Source: Trichosphaerium sp. ATCC 40318 (lineage: Eukaryota > Protista > Tubulinea). Taken from it: a stretch of 64,000 nucleotides of DNA. A model generated the notes under the pieces. It saw only the letters and a program-made list of their open reading frames with translations, was not told the origin of the DNA and searched no databases. Within the stretch, counting starts at the first letter, position 1, and every line of letters begins with the position of its first letter. Shown here piece by piece: positions 1-13,959 of this stretch. The stretch covers positions 1 through 64,000 of the forward strand of contig JALMLS010000404.1 in NCBI GenBank assembly GCA_038496445.1. Direction: 5' to 3'. The position numbers were made by a program, and so were the translations under genes.

Positions 1-2181
1 CTATTTACTTTTGAACAGTTTAATTCTAACATATATTTAGCGCTATTGACGCTGCTAACATGCTCAAACCCCAACTAGCACGTGGAGAATTACATTGCGT
101 TGGTGCTACAACTATCAATGAATACAGAAAGGTACCGTGATTGACCAAGAATGCAACATCATTGACTTTTTGCATTAGTACATTGAAAAGGATGCTGCTC
201 TAGCTCGTCGGTTTCAACCTGTACTGGTTTCGGAACCATCAGTAGAAGATACCGTCACCATGCTTCGTGGTCTCAAAGACAAATACGAGGTGCACCACGG
301 TGTGCGCATTGCTGATGACGCTATTGTTTCTGCAGCAGTCAACTCAAACAGATACATCACCGATAGATTCTTACCTGACAAGGCCATTGATCTCATTGAT
401 GAGGCCGCATCTCGTTTGCGTCTACAACAAGAAAGTAAACCAGAGCCAATAGAAAACCTTGACCGCCAAATTATTCGCAAGAAAATCGAGATTGAGGCTT
501 TGAGAAAAGAGGACGATGCACACTCCAAACAACGGCTAAAGAAACGAGAAGGAGAAGTTGCTGAGCTTCTAGTCGAGAGTAATGAATTGACAGCAAAGTG
601 GAGAGAAGAGCGACAACTAGTTGAGAAGGGAAAGACAGCGAAAAAGAACCTAGAACGTGCAAGACTTGATCTAGAAACCGCGCAAAGAAAGGGTGATTGG
701 GCTTCAGCCTCAGAGCTCCAATATGGCTTGATTCCAAGACTGGAAAAAGAAATAGCTGACCAGTACGTATAGCATGTTTGTAGAGCCTGTTAAAAGCCAA
801 ACTCTTCAAAACACTATTTGACAGTTTCTTACTTTGCTTTGTTTTCATATTATTAAATGTATGCTCTAGCATGGACGCCAAGGGATTGACTATGCTTGGT
901 GATGTTGTCACTGCAAAGGATGTTGCCGAAGTGGTTGCTAGAACAACTGGTATCCCAATTCAAAATCTTTTGATGGGAGAAAGAGAGCGTCTTCTCAACA
1001 TGGAGGAGGTTCTTGGAGAACATGTTGTTGGTCAAGAGCCAGCGTTAACAGCTATAAGTAACGCAGTTCGCATCAGTCGTGCTGGTTTACACGGTCACGA
1101 TAGACCACTAGGATCATTTTTGATACGTGCCTTTTTCCTAATTTTTTTTCTGCTTTTTTTTTGGCGCTTTATTTGTCTATTAGTAATCTTGTGCTGACCC
1201 ATACTACTTCTTAGGACCTACTGGTGTCGGTAAAACCGAACTTTGCAAACAATTAGCATCATTCCTGTTCGACACACAATCAGCCTTGATCCGCATTGAT
1301 ATGTCAGAATTTATGGAGAAATTTTCAGTTTCGAGGCTTATTGGTGCTCCTCCAGGTTATGTAGGTTACGATGAAGGTGGTGTATTGACAGAAGGTATAT
1401 AATGAATATGCCCATTAGCGTGCTAACAACAACTGTAGCTGTTCGAAGGAGACCATACTCAGTCATTCTCTTTGATGAATTCGAAAAAGCACATAGAGAA
1501 GTCTCTAACCTTTTACTCCAAGTGCTTGATGAGGGTTGGCTCACTGATAGCCAAGGTCACAAAGTAGACTTTAGGTACGCTCAAGAAATATTATGTAACC
1601 GTGTTGGCTAACAATGACATCACCTCAGAAACACAATGATTATCATGACATCCAATTTGGGTGCAAATGTTCTTGCCAGCCTTCCTGAAGGAACAAACAG
1701 CCAAGATGGCAAAGCGGGCGTCATGCAAGTTGTGAGACAGCATCTAGCACCAGAGTTTATCAATCGCATCGACGACCTTGTACTCTTTAACAGGCTATCA
1801 CACGAAAATATGGACAAGATTGTAGAGATCCAGCTTGGTGGTATGCAACCTTTTTTATGATTTTGTTTTGTGCAAAAAAAACCACCCACTCATCACTTTT
1901 TAGCTGTTTCTGCACGCCTTGCAGAGAAGAAAATCGAGCTTTCAATCACTCCAGAAAGTAAAGAGTACCTTGGCAGACGCGGTTACGATCCAGTATACGG
2001 TGCTCGACCATTGCAACGTGTCATCCAGAAAGAAATTTTGAACCCAATTGCCAAACTACTTATCAAGGGCGATATTAAAGAAGGCGATTTGTGCACTATT
2101 ACAACGAATGGAGAGGGTCTCAAATTCGATATCAAAAAGAACCCTAACTTTCCAGCAACGGCAGGAGATGGCGCCAAGTGA
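1..2181 (+). CDS. clpB: ClpB/Hsp78-Hsp104 family AAA+ disaggregase (5' truncated by window, multi-exon)
   Basis: Spliced translation gives [49 protein letters not shown], a coiled-coil M-domain, GPTGVGKTE (NBD2 Walker A), [32 protein letters not shown] and [10 protein letters not shown]; stop at 2179-2181. Confidence 0.97.
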
Positions 2182-2737
2182 GAACCGCCTCAAAACAATA
2201 TCAAAAAAATAAAATCAGTCTCCGTTGATTCTGATTAAACTCAAAGCAAACAAAAATGCACAACGAGGCTTGTTAATAATGTACACAAATAAAAAATCAA
2301 ATACTAAAAACAAACTTAACCTAATTGACCAATGCGGTCGAGCTAGTACAAAAAAGTTTATATTCCAAGTCATTCAATCACGTGTCACAATTACTTCATG
2401 TGGACTCCACTAACCTTGATTGACTTAATGTGCTCTGTAAGTAGCGAACTACAGAATATGTTTCTGTTTACTCCTGTTGTATATATCAAAAAACAAGACA
2501 GAAAGTTGCATAGCAAGATTGTTTATAATGTACATAAATATTACAACTGACCTTCAAAACCGCTTTTTTACGGTTCAAAATTAAAAACAGAAGATGATTT
2601 CCTTGCCATCACGTTGGGAGTTGCAATGGAACAGAGGCAGAAACTTTTTACAAAAAAAAAACAAGAAGACAGATGGTCCCAATCAAAGCAAAGTTTCTTG
2701 TTTGGCGACGGTGATTCTCTTGTATTTCGACTAAAGT

Positions 2738-3387
2738 CTAAGCTGTCTCTTCCTTTTCTTGACTTTGTTGGCTCTCAATCCCTTTCTGTTTGTACTCAGC
2801 TGATAGAGCGGATAGTATTGACACAGAGACGAGAGGTCTTTTCTCTTTTTCCGAACGTGGGTTCAATACTTTTTTAAAGCCCGGCAATAGATTAACGAGG
2901 TGCTTTTGATTGCCTACCATCGTTTTTGATTGTCCGAAGGCAGATCGTCGTATAATTACATATCCTTTGCTACAATGATATCAGTGATGCGCTGTAGGTT
3001 GCTTGATTTCTGTTTTCTGTTCTCAAAAGCGATTTTGTACCTGCTTGAAGGGTGGAACTTCAGATTACCCTTACCAGTGACTCTTTGTAACATTTAGAGC
3101 GATCGTTAGTGTATTAGACGTACCTAAATCGTTTCTTTGCTGATTTCTTCTGCCCTACTGTAGGCTTCTTTTTATGCCTGTAGCGCTCAAATGAAGCAAG
3201 CTTAAAGAGTTAATTCGTGGTGTTAGTGTATAAGCCAACATACCGACTGAGGCTTCGTTGAGCAAGCAGTACTATGCCCACCCATGTTAATAGAGCTACT
3301 CGACCTAGAATGACGCCTTTAACTCACAATAACTAGCTGTGGCATTTAGTGTGATCTATCGTACCTCGAGGAGAATGCGCGCAACAT
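2738..3387 (-). CDS. Mitochondrial ribosomal protein bL35-like (multi-exon)
   Basis: Starts MLRAFSSR (presequence-like); spliced core KKSAKKRFRVTGKGNLKFHPS matches the bL35 K..AKRF..TG.G motif; later VNLLP; GT-AG introns. Confidence 0.7.
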
Positions 3388-4284
3388 TACAGGCGGTGGG
3401 TGCTTAGTTGTTGGTTTTATCTCTAAACTTACTTTGACTTTTTGAAGGTCCAAGCGAATAAAAACATCGAAGCAAAGCTAGTTAGTTACTACATAGGCAT
3501 CACTCTTACGCTCCATTGCTGCCAACCCATTATGCAAACTGTCAGCGTTGTGACATCTGCGTTTGTCCTAACATATACGATACCTCACAGTTGCACAATA
3601 TACGCTGTATTGTTTCACCCATACTAAGTGAAATTGAGCTGTGACAGATGAACGGCTAGAACATACTTCCCGCCGTATTTGCCTTATTGACGCGTATAGT
3701 GTTAACACTAACAATCTTACGCTATTACACGCGACACAACGAACAATGTGCTCATTGCACCACTCACTTTGCCCCTAGCGCTCTGAGTACGAGCTACAAG
3801 AAAGCTAATGCAGTATTTCATAATACTACCAATAAACTGCTGCAGCTTTCGAGTATATCACACAATACTTTATCTGTTGCACATGTGGCTAGTCTAGAAA
3901 GCCAGTAAACTGTCACAATACCTGATTTTCTAACAACCACTACAAAAAACTGACGCGTGCAGTAACCACTAAAAATAAACACGCCAGTAAATATATAAAA
4001 CAAGGGGTTAGTCAAGAACAACAAGAACAACAAAAAAGTAAAACAAAACGTTGTTACGAGCATAATATATCTTTACTCATACACTTTATACATCCATTAC
4101 TGACCACCACTTTGGTTCTTTTTTTTTTTTTTTGAATCTTTTTGGGGTTATATTCCAAAAACTGACGCTGGGTAAGTGAAAAATCGCGACAGCTACCACT
4201 CGGACTTCCAAGGGCAAAAAAGCTCCCCAAAATTTTTGTTTGTCCAAGATTGGACCGCAAAAAAGTTTGTTGAGCGTTTTTAGC

Positions 4285-5647
4285 TCACACCACCAATTTC
4301 GCGTTCTCTTTTGTTGTATCCGATTTGTTTCCCTCGTAGAGTTCTTCCTCTGTTATTTCTTTGGGCTTCTTTGTGAGGGAAAGCTCTCGTTTAAGAGCTC
4401 TTGCAGAAACAACGCCAACAAGTATAACAACGAATACGGATAGTATCATGCTCAAGCAAAAAATCCATCCTCTGACTTGTTGTTGAGATGCATCGGCATC
4501 AACAGACCCACTGAATATATCTGCAATACCCTTTGTAGATGTTCCAAGCCAGTTGTACATGACTGTACCAGGCATAACGCCAATCGCTGTAGATAGTGTG
4601 TATGGCCAAAATTCTAACGCTTTGTTAGCATTCGAACAAAACAAACCCAAAAATATGAGTTCAAGCGCGTAGTGACGAAAACAATTTTTTTTTTTGCACG
4701 ACGTTAGCTTTTTTTAATTGAAAAAAAACCTTTAATATAGTATGCACGTACGTATTTTAGTGGTTGACAACATGTAATTAAGCACGCCGTAAGGTGTGAT
4801 AGGAGATAGTCGAAGCAAAAGAATCAATTTAAAACCATCTTTACGCTCCAAGATGTTGTTTACTGCCTGCAAGATTGGGTATTTGGACACCCAAGACATT
4901 ACGGATGAGTGTAACACTAAAGAACGGCGTCAATAGTCGATTACAATAAAATTTGACAAAAAACAAAGAAGCCGGGATAACGTAAGCTATTTGCCAAAAC
5001 GAGTAAGCGACGGTACTGAAAACCAAAAAAAAATTAAACAAGGCCTTGTTTTGGAGTAACGGCAAGGAGAGTAACGTTGGAAGGAGTTTTTTTTTTTTTT
5101 TCGGCTGGTTAAAAAAGGTTTTTCGTCAGGTTTTTTTTGTTTTAGGATGTTCTGAGAGTGATAGGAGTGATAAATAAATATACGTACGACTTCTACCAAC
5201 CCAATAGGAAAGAATAGCACCGGTAATACTCCCCGCCCAACTCACAACGCTGCCCCACACAATGCCATAATAGTATCCAGCGAATATCGTCAAGATAACA
5301 CCAGGTACGAGTAAACTGGTCGTTACAGTGTAAATGGCTATGAACACCAAAGCGCCGGTAATAGGACCCAAAGACTCCACCCATAGGAGTACTGTCTCGA
5401 AATACTGTTTTGTAGGGAACAATATGAAGAATAGCAAAAGAGCGCCAGCGGCAGCGATTTTAGGTCCCCAAGCTTGCAGGAAGGCCCATGCTGATTGTAG
5501 CGCTTCCTCATAGCGTTTTATCACCGAGGAAATTCTTAGGAGCCACGTTCCCTCTGATGGGCAAACCGACTCAGCAGGTGACACCCCACTGATTATATCT
5601 AGAACTTGGTTGTTCTCGGTTTGCTTTAACGTCTTCAGACTGGTCAT
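4285..5647 (-). CDS. TVP38/TMEM64 (VTT, SNARE-associated) membrane protein, 3 exons
   Basis: LLVPGVILTIFAGYYYG..GAILSYWVGR; GFKLILLLRLSPITPYGVLNY; TAIGVMPGTVMY are VTT-domain motifs. Confidence 0.9.
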
Positions 5648-6579
5648 GATAGGATTATATTCTTTTTTGAGTTCGTCGGGTAATCGATCCGAGCACCTTA
5701 TGCCTGAAAACAAAAAGAATTTTACCACTCAAATTCCTCCTCAGAGTTTTTGCCCCAAACGCGTTTCCAAAATACTCACCCCAAAACCCGGGGGATCTTT
5801 TTGGCGCTATACGACACACTCAATTTACGCTAACAGACATGTAACGCACCAACAAAAAATTTTACTTTCTAAACGGTTCTCGCAAAAATACCGGACGGAC
5901 ATATAAACTCTAATTTTGCCCAGGTTCAAGGAACACGAATTACCAGGCTCTATTTCGTAAAGTGACATGCTTCTGGTTCTTAATGGGCAAGCAGGTTCGC
6001 TGTGATGATGTCAGCGGTGCTGTCGTTAGCCCATTATTGCCCATTACCGCCTTTTCTGAACGAACGTAGCGTTGGGTGCCACGCAGCTTTATAGACGCTA
6101 TCATATTTTTTTCATGAAGCCTCGCCAACCTTCCAAAATACTTAGTCATACACCTTTCGTCTTACGCTGACTCTAATGTAACAACAGTTTAGCCTCGCTA
6201 AAACCTATACTGGAATTCGACAGTAGACCTTTAGTGGCTCAAAAGCATAACTTCTACAACATCTCATCAACGCTGGACGGAAACAACGCGTTTTTGTATG
6301 CGCTTTGTTGAAATTTGTTGTACCTCAGTCAATCCTAGTTTACAACCTATTGCGGCAGTAATACCACCCATATGACGCGATTTGTAAAGGTTATGGGCAA
6401 ACTACACCTGTTGCTGCGTTTGAGAACATAAGGAGATAGTAATTTGTATTTTTAAAATGTGAGCGCTTTTACTTCTGGAAACAACGTACAACAAAACGCC
6501 TTTACCAAACGGCCAACCAACAAGGAAAAAAAAAAACAAAACCAAAACCTCATCACACAGGTTTAAAAGTGTCGGTACA

Positions 6580-8751
6580 ATGGCAACGAATACTGATAGT
6601 GCGTATTGGGACTGGATGAACGAAGTTGCGTATGCAGGTCACGCTGCAGATGTTACACTGCCCCCACCAGCGTATATGGTTGATTACGAGCATCATTACG
6701 CCCACCAATCAGATGGTGCGCTACCACCGCAAGCTGGTGCTCCAAACGCAATGACACCTGGTCTAATACCTTATGCGCATTCAACCGACTTCGGTGACCC
6801 GTATTCATTATACGCGATGCGCAGGGGAGGTTCTGAAGGTACTACAAAAGATTTTCAATTTGTTAATTAACCAGGGAACGCTTTAATGCCCGTATTTGAT
6901 TAAACTAATCCGTCTGTCTTCGTTTGAATGCTTTACAAGGCGACTGACCTTGTGCACGAAATTAAAAAACCCACAAATTAAATTCATTTTAAATCGCGCA
7001 GTTTAATTAAACTGCTCTGCCTTACAAATTAGAAAAACTATTTTAATCGTGCACTGTTTTTTTTTGTTTTTTTGTACCATAAACTGTTTCTCTCTCTCTC
7101 TTCTTCTTACCTCAGTCCAAACCACGTGGTTTTTTTTAAATACGCGATGGATATGAGCACACGTGGAGGTGCCGTTTGGCGTATTTTTTTTGTATGGACA
7201 GTTATTGTTTTTTTTTTTTTTCCTTTGTTTGTTCATTTAGTTCTCTGTCTACTCCATTGCTTTTGTTTGTTTATTCTAACCTACAAATAGATTGGTGTAC
7301 AGTGCCAAATTCTTTTTGGCTTAAACCTTCCCATGCACCTCCTGTGCGTCCACAACCTTACCCAGAATCTCTGCGTTGTCCCACATATCCTACACACCCT
7401 CACATGGCGAGGTACCATCCTTCAAACGCAGGGTTCTACCCAACGAAAATGCCCGCAGCCAGGCAAATGCGTGGTACGTTTTAACCAACATTTCAGTTTG
7501 TGGTGAGTTAAAACTGCCACCGAGTTTTCGTTTATTTTTTTTTCGCGACTGTAACTAAAAACCACAAGATCAAGAGTGTGCTACTGAAGCTCTTGTATTT
7601 GTATATTTGATCGTGTGCTTTAGAGGTTTTCGGATCTTCTCTCCGATATTTTTCTCGTTTAATACTGATACTATCTCCAACAGGGTACTATGATCCAAGT
7701 CGTAGACGTGTTCGTGAGCCATATGAGGCTAGACCTTTCCCAGCCCAACAATTCACTGCGTATGACCAAAAAGAGAAGGAGGATACTCCAACGCGTTTGC
7801 GGCGACGTAAGAGAAATGAAAAGGATAGGTGAGAGACCATTGATAACCTCTATTTTCATTTTTTTTTTTGTTTTTTTGCAAACGATGTTGGCTCAGTTAT
7901 AATGCTGTGATTGTTTTCTTAGTTAATCTATAGGGTTAAACGGCCAATGAATAGCTTCTTGATATTCTCGAACGAGGTGAGGCCTCACCTTCAAGCCAAA
8001 TATAAAGGTACACTTGTAGTTTTCTTTTCGTTTTTTTATTTTTTCACAACTTGCCTTTTTTTTTTCTTTTGGTTCATTGTCGCCACGTGAAAATTATTTT
8101 GTCGTTAGAAAGGATTTTTGAGAAAGGTTATAATTTCTAACTATGGCTTTTTAAACTAGACAGATCAAATGCTCAGATTTCAAAGTTGATTGGCGAGCAA
8201 TGGCACAATATGGACCCAGAGCGAAAGAAAAAATATATTATTGAAGCTGAAAAAATTAAAGAAGACTTCTCTAAAAAGCATCCGGACTATGTTTATACTA
8301 AGCGCAAACGAAAAAAGCGAAGGAGGAATAAGACTGGTATGTATCACAACGGTAAATTCAACACATTTCTTTTTTTTTGTAATTTTTTTTGTTTTCCTTT
8401 AACTTTCTTGTTTTAACCAATCTTCTCACTCTTCGTTAGTAAACAATATTACATCATCGCCGGATTCAGGAAATGCTCAATCTCCCTTACTTTCTCTAGC
8501 AAGCGCTGTAGCGCCCTTGACGTACGTTGAAAATTATGAATTTGTGTAATTAATTTGTGAAAAGAAATGAATGCAGTTCTCAGCCGCTAATGGCACGTGC
8601 AGTGATTCCTGAAGCATCTGCAGCAAATGTTGAGAGGAGAGAGATAGTTAAGGATGAACCTATACTCGCTACGCCTGTGGTAGAGGCTAAACTACTAAAG
8701 ATGGAAGGCAATACGTCTAAACCACGTGAAATTGATGAAGAAGAGAGTTAG
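6580..8751 (+). CDS. HMG-box transcription factor (Sox/TCF/MATA-type), multi-exon
   Basis: Exons at ~7933-8008 and ~8160-8337 give VKRPMNSFLIFSNEVRPHLQAK..SNAQISKLIGEQWHNMDPERKKKYIIEAEKIKEDFSKKHPDYVY followed by a basic tail; N-terminal exon boundaries approximate. Confidence 0.85.
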
Positions 8752-8949
8752 TATTCATAGTTTTTAACCACACCTGACATTTGTCAGGGTGTTTTTTTTT
8801 TTTATACAATACTTACGTGATTTCACCGCTGTAAGAATAAGTTAATGTACAATAGAAATTAGAAAGTAATTTACAAAAAATAACCGTTATTTAATTGCTA
8901 AATTGATTTGGTGTGCCCTTCTAGATGCACCGATGTGCTTCTCATTATA

Positions 8950-9633
8950 TAGTTAGTGTCAAATGAGTGTACTTAATTCAATTGCACAAAAGTGAGCACC
9001 CTTTAGTGCTTTAACAACTTCAGCAGTTATTAATTTGCGATTGAGGTAAATAGTATGAACGCCCACAAGCGCTTTGATACCTTTAAATGTTACTGCATTG
9101 CCGCTGAGGGTTATAGTATGAACACCAGCAAGTGTGATAACACCTTCATCTGTTATATTATTACAGTTATACAGTCTATCTTATGAATACCAGCAGGTGC
9201 TTTAAGACCTTCATCTGTTACATTCTTACACTGATACAGCTGTATCTCATGAACACCCTTTAGTGCTTTAACACCTTCATCAGCTACTGAAGTTTCACTA
9301 ATGTTAGCAGTATGAACACCAGCAAGTGCTTTAAGACCTTCATCTGATATTAAAGAATACCCAACATCAATCGTTTGAACACCTGCAAATTGTTTGATGC
9401 AGTTGTCATCAGAACAACATGCACCGTTAACATTGATATATGTGTTTTTTAGAATACCAGCGTGTTTTACGACTTGTACAAGAGCTACTTTTGTAATATA
9501 AATAGCGTCGTATCCAATTACGTCGTGAACAATAAAAGCAAGGAAACGGCAAGTTTGACAAGCGGAAAATCGCGATTTGTGTCAGGCGTAAGATATGCGC
9601 TACTATCTCTGTAAGTAGCTGTAATAAACTCAT
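8950..9633 (-). pseudogene. Disrupted F-box-like + 'AGVH' LRR gene
   Basis: MSLLQLLTEIVAHIL (F-box-like) then, after frameshifts, FAGVQTIDVGYSLISDEGLKALAGVHTANISETSVADEGVKALKGVHEIQL; same repeat as 33060-34343; intronless. Confidence 0.75.
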
Positions 9634-9991
9634 GATGTCGATATTACAACGTCTTGGGGTGGAAAGCGCAAAAGGTATTTGTGGTATGTTGTAAGATGAA
9701 GTACCTTTCGAATGCACGTGGTCTCTCGAGCAAAACGTTTGAAAGTGAGAAGGAACTTGACTAGGATGAAGGTATTTTTAGCAAAGAATCTTTCCCAGTT
9801 AGTTAACCATCTAGCGAAGCAAATGGTCTTGCGTCAGTTTACAACGTAAAGACAAATTTACGCCTACATGGAGCTGCACCCTAGGATCTTACAGTCCAAC
9901 ACATTCAAGAAAAAAATTGTGAGTTTTTATTTCCGTTGTGCCAACCGTTAAAAAGCGTCATTATTACTTCCAATTGGCTAAATAGGTTCAC

Positions 9992-10879
9992 ATGATACAT
10001 GCTATTCTATTCTTTAACGAAGAGCGCCAAGTGCGTTTAACAAAGTTCTATTCTCTTCTTGTACGCCAAATTATGAGCTCTTACGCTGTTTTGTGTTACA
10101 ACAAACGTGAATTAATCAACTACAACCAAAGGACGACGAGAAAAAAAAAGAATACCTCCACGATGTTATATCTCTACTGAGTAAGCGTAAAATACTATCT
10201 AGTTTCATAGATGGCGAATTGACAAAATGTAAGTACAAATCCCTTTTATATTGGTTTATATTACTTTCTCACGCGCAAGAGAAGGGGGAAAAGGGACGAA
10301 ACTCATATATAAAAAGGTTACCAACGTTTAAAGTTAAAACCGGCTCTACATCCATAACGATAGCTGTCAGGGATGTCATACATCTAACAATACTTTTTAG
10401 TACGCTAGACTGTTTATTGTATTCGTTGTTGATGATAGCGAGCCAGAATTGGGGATTCTAGAAATTATTGACACTTTGGTACTAACATCAGAAATTTTCT
10501 TCATTTTCCTTCTCCTAGAGATGACCTAATATTTTTTATTAGATGCAATGCCTTGATAAACAATTCAAAGATGTATGCGAGCTGGATATAGAACTCAACG
10601 TAGAGAAGGTAACTTTCCAAACCACGTGTCATCAAAAACTCATTTTTTTTTTTTCAATATTTTTTTTTTTTCCAAAATTTCTTTCACCAATGAGCTCTAA
10701 CGATTTTAAAGGTACATTTTGTTATTGATGAGATGATTCAAGGTGGTTTACTATTTGAATCAAATGTGGATGTTGTTATACGTAACTTAGAAGCCCAGAA
10801 AAAAGTAGACCAAACAGAAAACCCATTACGGTATAAATTAAGACGTGTCAAAGAATCAAAGGTTAAGATGTTTGGTTGA
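9992..10879 (+). CDS. Clathrin adaptor small chain, AP-3 sigma-like (multi-exon)
   Basis: MIHAILFFNEERQVRLTKFY; KLIYKKYARLFIVFVVDDSEPELGILEII; LDKQFKDVCELDI; VIDEMIQGG. Confidence 0.88.
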
Positions 10880-11197
10880 ACAACAACGTTGGATAGACAA
10901 TACACCTAGTGCAGTTTAGTGCACGCAAATGCGATGGCAGGAGGGGGTGAGGTTGAACTAGCTTTCAGTGTTTGGATGCAATAGTACAAAACCAAAACAG
11001 GAAACTTTTTGTGCAAGCTCTGCTCCATTTCTTTAGTTGTAACAAATACAAATTTTTACAAGCTATCTGATAGCGCTAATTTAGATTATTTTATTATCTG
11101 GATATTTTTTGATCTATTTTCTCCTTTGCGGATAGTTAAATGTAAAAACTTTGCGTTTTTCTTTTTATTTATTTTTTTTTTTACAAAAAAGTGTATT

Positions 11198-13959
11198 TTA
11201 ACGTCTTGTTTTACGTCTTTTATTGAATCGAGCACCACCAGCACCTTTTGGCATATTTTTGTATGTATCAAGGAATGCAGGGTAATCTTGTCCTATACAA
11301 CATATGTCAAACAAACAACACAAAACCAAGAAAAAAACAAAAAGACAGTGAAACCAATAACATTTTTTTACGTACCTGCATCAGTCATCAATTTAATTAA
11401 ATCTCCTGCTAGCCTGCGATCCCTGGCTGGGTTGAAAAAAGCCACAGCGGCACCTTTATGTCCTGCGCGTCCTACAAAAACCTGTGAGGACGAAGAAAAA
11501 AAGAAGCAAAGCAGGAAAAGATGGAAAAAAAGAAGAAAAATGTTTTGTACCTGTTCTACCAATTCGATGAACATAATCATCAATAGCATTTGGCATATCA
11601 TAGTTTATTACTTTAGATACTTTTGGTACATCAATACCTCTAGCTACTACAGAAGTCGCAACAAGAATCTTCAATCGATGTTCCTTAAAAAAATACAGTT
11701 AGTTGTTTTGATTTTATCCTTGTTATCATCTACCTTGAATGCATTGATAGCAGCTTCTCTTTCACACTGTATATGATCACCATGTAATGATGCTGATTTG
11801 TATCCCATATCATATAACTTATCTGAGAGCAATTGACATTGTCGTTTTGTTTCAACGAAAACTATAAAAAAAAATGAGGTTAAGACATGTCAAGTTTTAA
11901 TTTTTAACTCCGATTGTACGTACTTATAATATGTCCTTGTGTTGCCTTTAATTCATTTACAAGTGTTTCAACCTTATCACGTGGTGTTTTAATTAATTTA
12001 ACTTCTTGTGTAACATTTGACGCTGTTTCTCCAACACGTCCAATCTGAATAAAAAAGTAAGTACAATTTTTTTTGTCTTCATCAAGGGAATGCTCTATCG
12101 AGTTTTACAATTGCCAAACTCCGTGATATAACAAAAGTATATGTGTACATGATAAAAACTTAAAAGATTTTTGATAGAAGTAACGTAACGCCAACTTAAA
12201 GTGCGTTGTTTGAACAGCAATATTTGTTTAGAAAAATATACGTTCTAGCAAATAACGTACTTTTAGTAGACATCTGTGATCCCTTAGAAAATCGAGAGCA
12301 AGTCCTCTGATACCTTGTGGAAATGTAGCACTGAATAATACTGTTTGTCTTTTATCACCGGCTGATTAAGAGTTATAAAGTGGAAAAAACAAACATGTGT
12401 TTTGACACATTAGAACGTACAAGGCATTCCACTCTTTTCGACGATTTCACGAATTTGTGGCTCGAAACCCATATCCAACATACGATCTGCCTCATCCAAG
12501 CAAAGGTACTGTATATTAGCAACAGATACCACGCGCATATTTATCAAATCACCAAGTCTTCCAGGGGTTGCAACAATCATATCAACACCTCTTTTTAATT
12601 CATTGATTTGACCTTTCTTTGGGACACCACCATAAACAACACAACATTTCAATGGTGTTCCATTAGTGAACTAACAATATAGTTAATAATTATCACTATA
12701 GGAAAGGGTAGTCGATGACTTAATGACCAAAGAAAAGTTACGTCCAAAAAATTTGTTTTGAATATATTTTTTTTTTCGTTTACCTTTGCAGCTTCTTCGT
12801 AAATTTGGATTGCGAGTTCTCTAGACGGAGCAATGACAAGTGAAGTAGGATAAGCTGTTGCTCTATATTAAACTTTTTAGATATCATGTTCAAACTAGAT
12901 CGTAATAACATACTGTCTATTGAATCCTTTATGGAATGTATTTTCAACATTTTTTTGTAAATGCCTTGTCTTCTTTGCAATATAAGGGAACAAAAATGCA
13001 GCAGTTTTACCACTTCCTATATAAAAAAAAATACGTATTAATACATTATCACATACAAAAACCGAAAACTAAATGACATCCTGTGACGCCAAAGTGACAC
13101 ATGATTTTCAAAAAAAAAAAAGAAGAAATGTACCTGTTTGAGCACATGCCATAACATCGTATCCCTTTAATATGAGAGGTACGGCATACTGTTGTACAGG
13201 TGTAGGTTTTGTGTAATTTGCGCGCATGATGTTATGAAGTAAAAGCGGACCAAGAATCTCATTGGACTAGGTAAAAAAACAGTTAGCCGAATGAGTCAGT
13301 TAAGAAGAAAAGTTGCAAAAATGCTGACAGTTTTTTAGCGAATGCTTAGATAATTCGCTTTGTAGTTAAGAAATAATTCGTACGTCTTCTCCAAATGTAT
13401 CAACAGGCACTATTTTACCATCATCCGAAGTTTTAAAGCTGACAGGAATATCTGCGTATTTGTCAAAGTTAATGCCTGCGCCTTTTTGCTCGTATACGTG
13501 ATCATCGCCTTTCTCCTATACATGCGTTAAAATTCAGATTGGCTAAAGTGTAACAGTGTAATAATTTTTTGTAATAAATAGCAGAAAAAGGCGTATTTAT
13601 GCGATGGTATACGCATTTTAACGCGAATTATGCTTTTACTTGTTTTTTCTCACCTCTAGAATTTGTTGGCGTTTCTCACGGTGAGATCTTCCTGTAAACT
13701 GTATAGGACAGTTTTTTTGGCATTTGAATGGTTCAGCATGGCAGCTGGGGCAATTTGGGTCTGTACGTTTCCATTGTGGCTTATCTGATGACATTCTCGT
13801 CTTATTATACATCTCACGCTCATTATCATCTCGTTTACGTTTGGGTTGCAACTTTGTATTATTGTAGTGATGTTGAAACTTATTTCTATTGCCTGAAAAG
13901 CCCCCTCTACGTCCTCCGCGACCACCACGGCCACCACGGCCTCTTCCTCCTCGTCTCAT
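11198..13959 (-). CDS. DEAD-box RNA helicase, Ded1/DDX3/Vasa subfamily (multi-exon)
   Basis: RGG N-terminus, [71 protein letters not shown]. Confidence 0.95.

Noticed and set aside
214-911. Minus-strand ORFs over clpB (similar cases over eEF2, Ras and OAT)
   Set aside because: Antisense to well-supported genes.
11009-11776. 255-aa plus-strand ORF
   Set aside because: Antisense shadow of DEAD-box helicase exons and introns; low-complexity translation.
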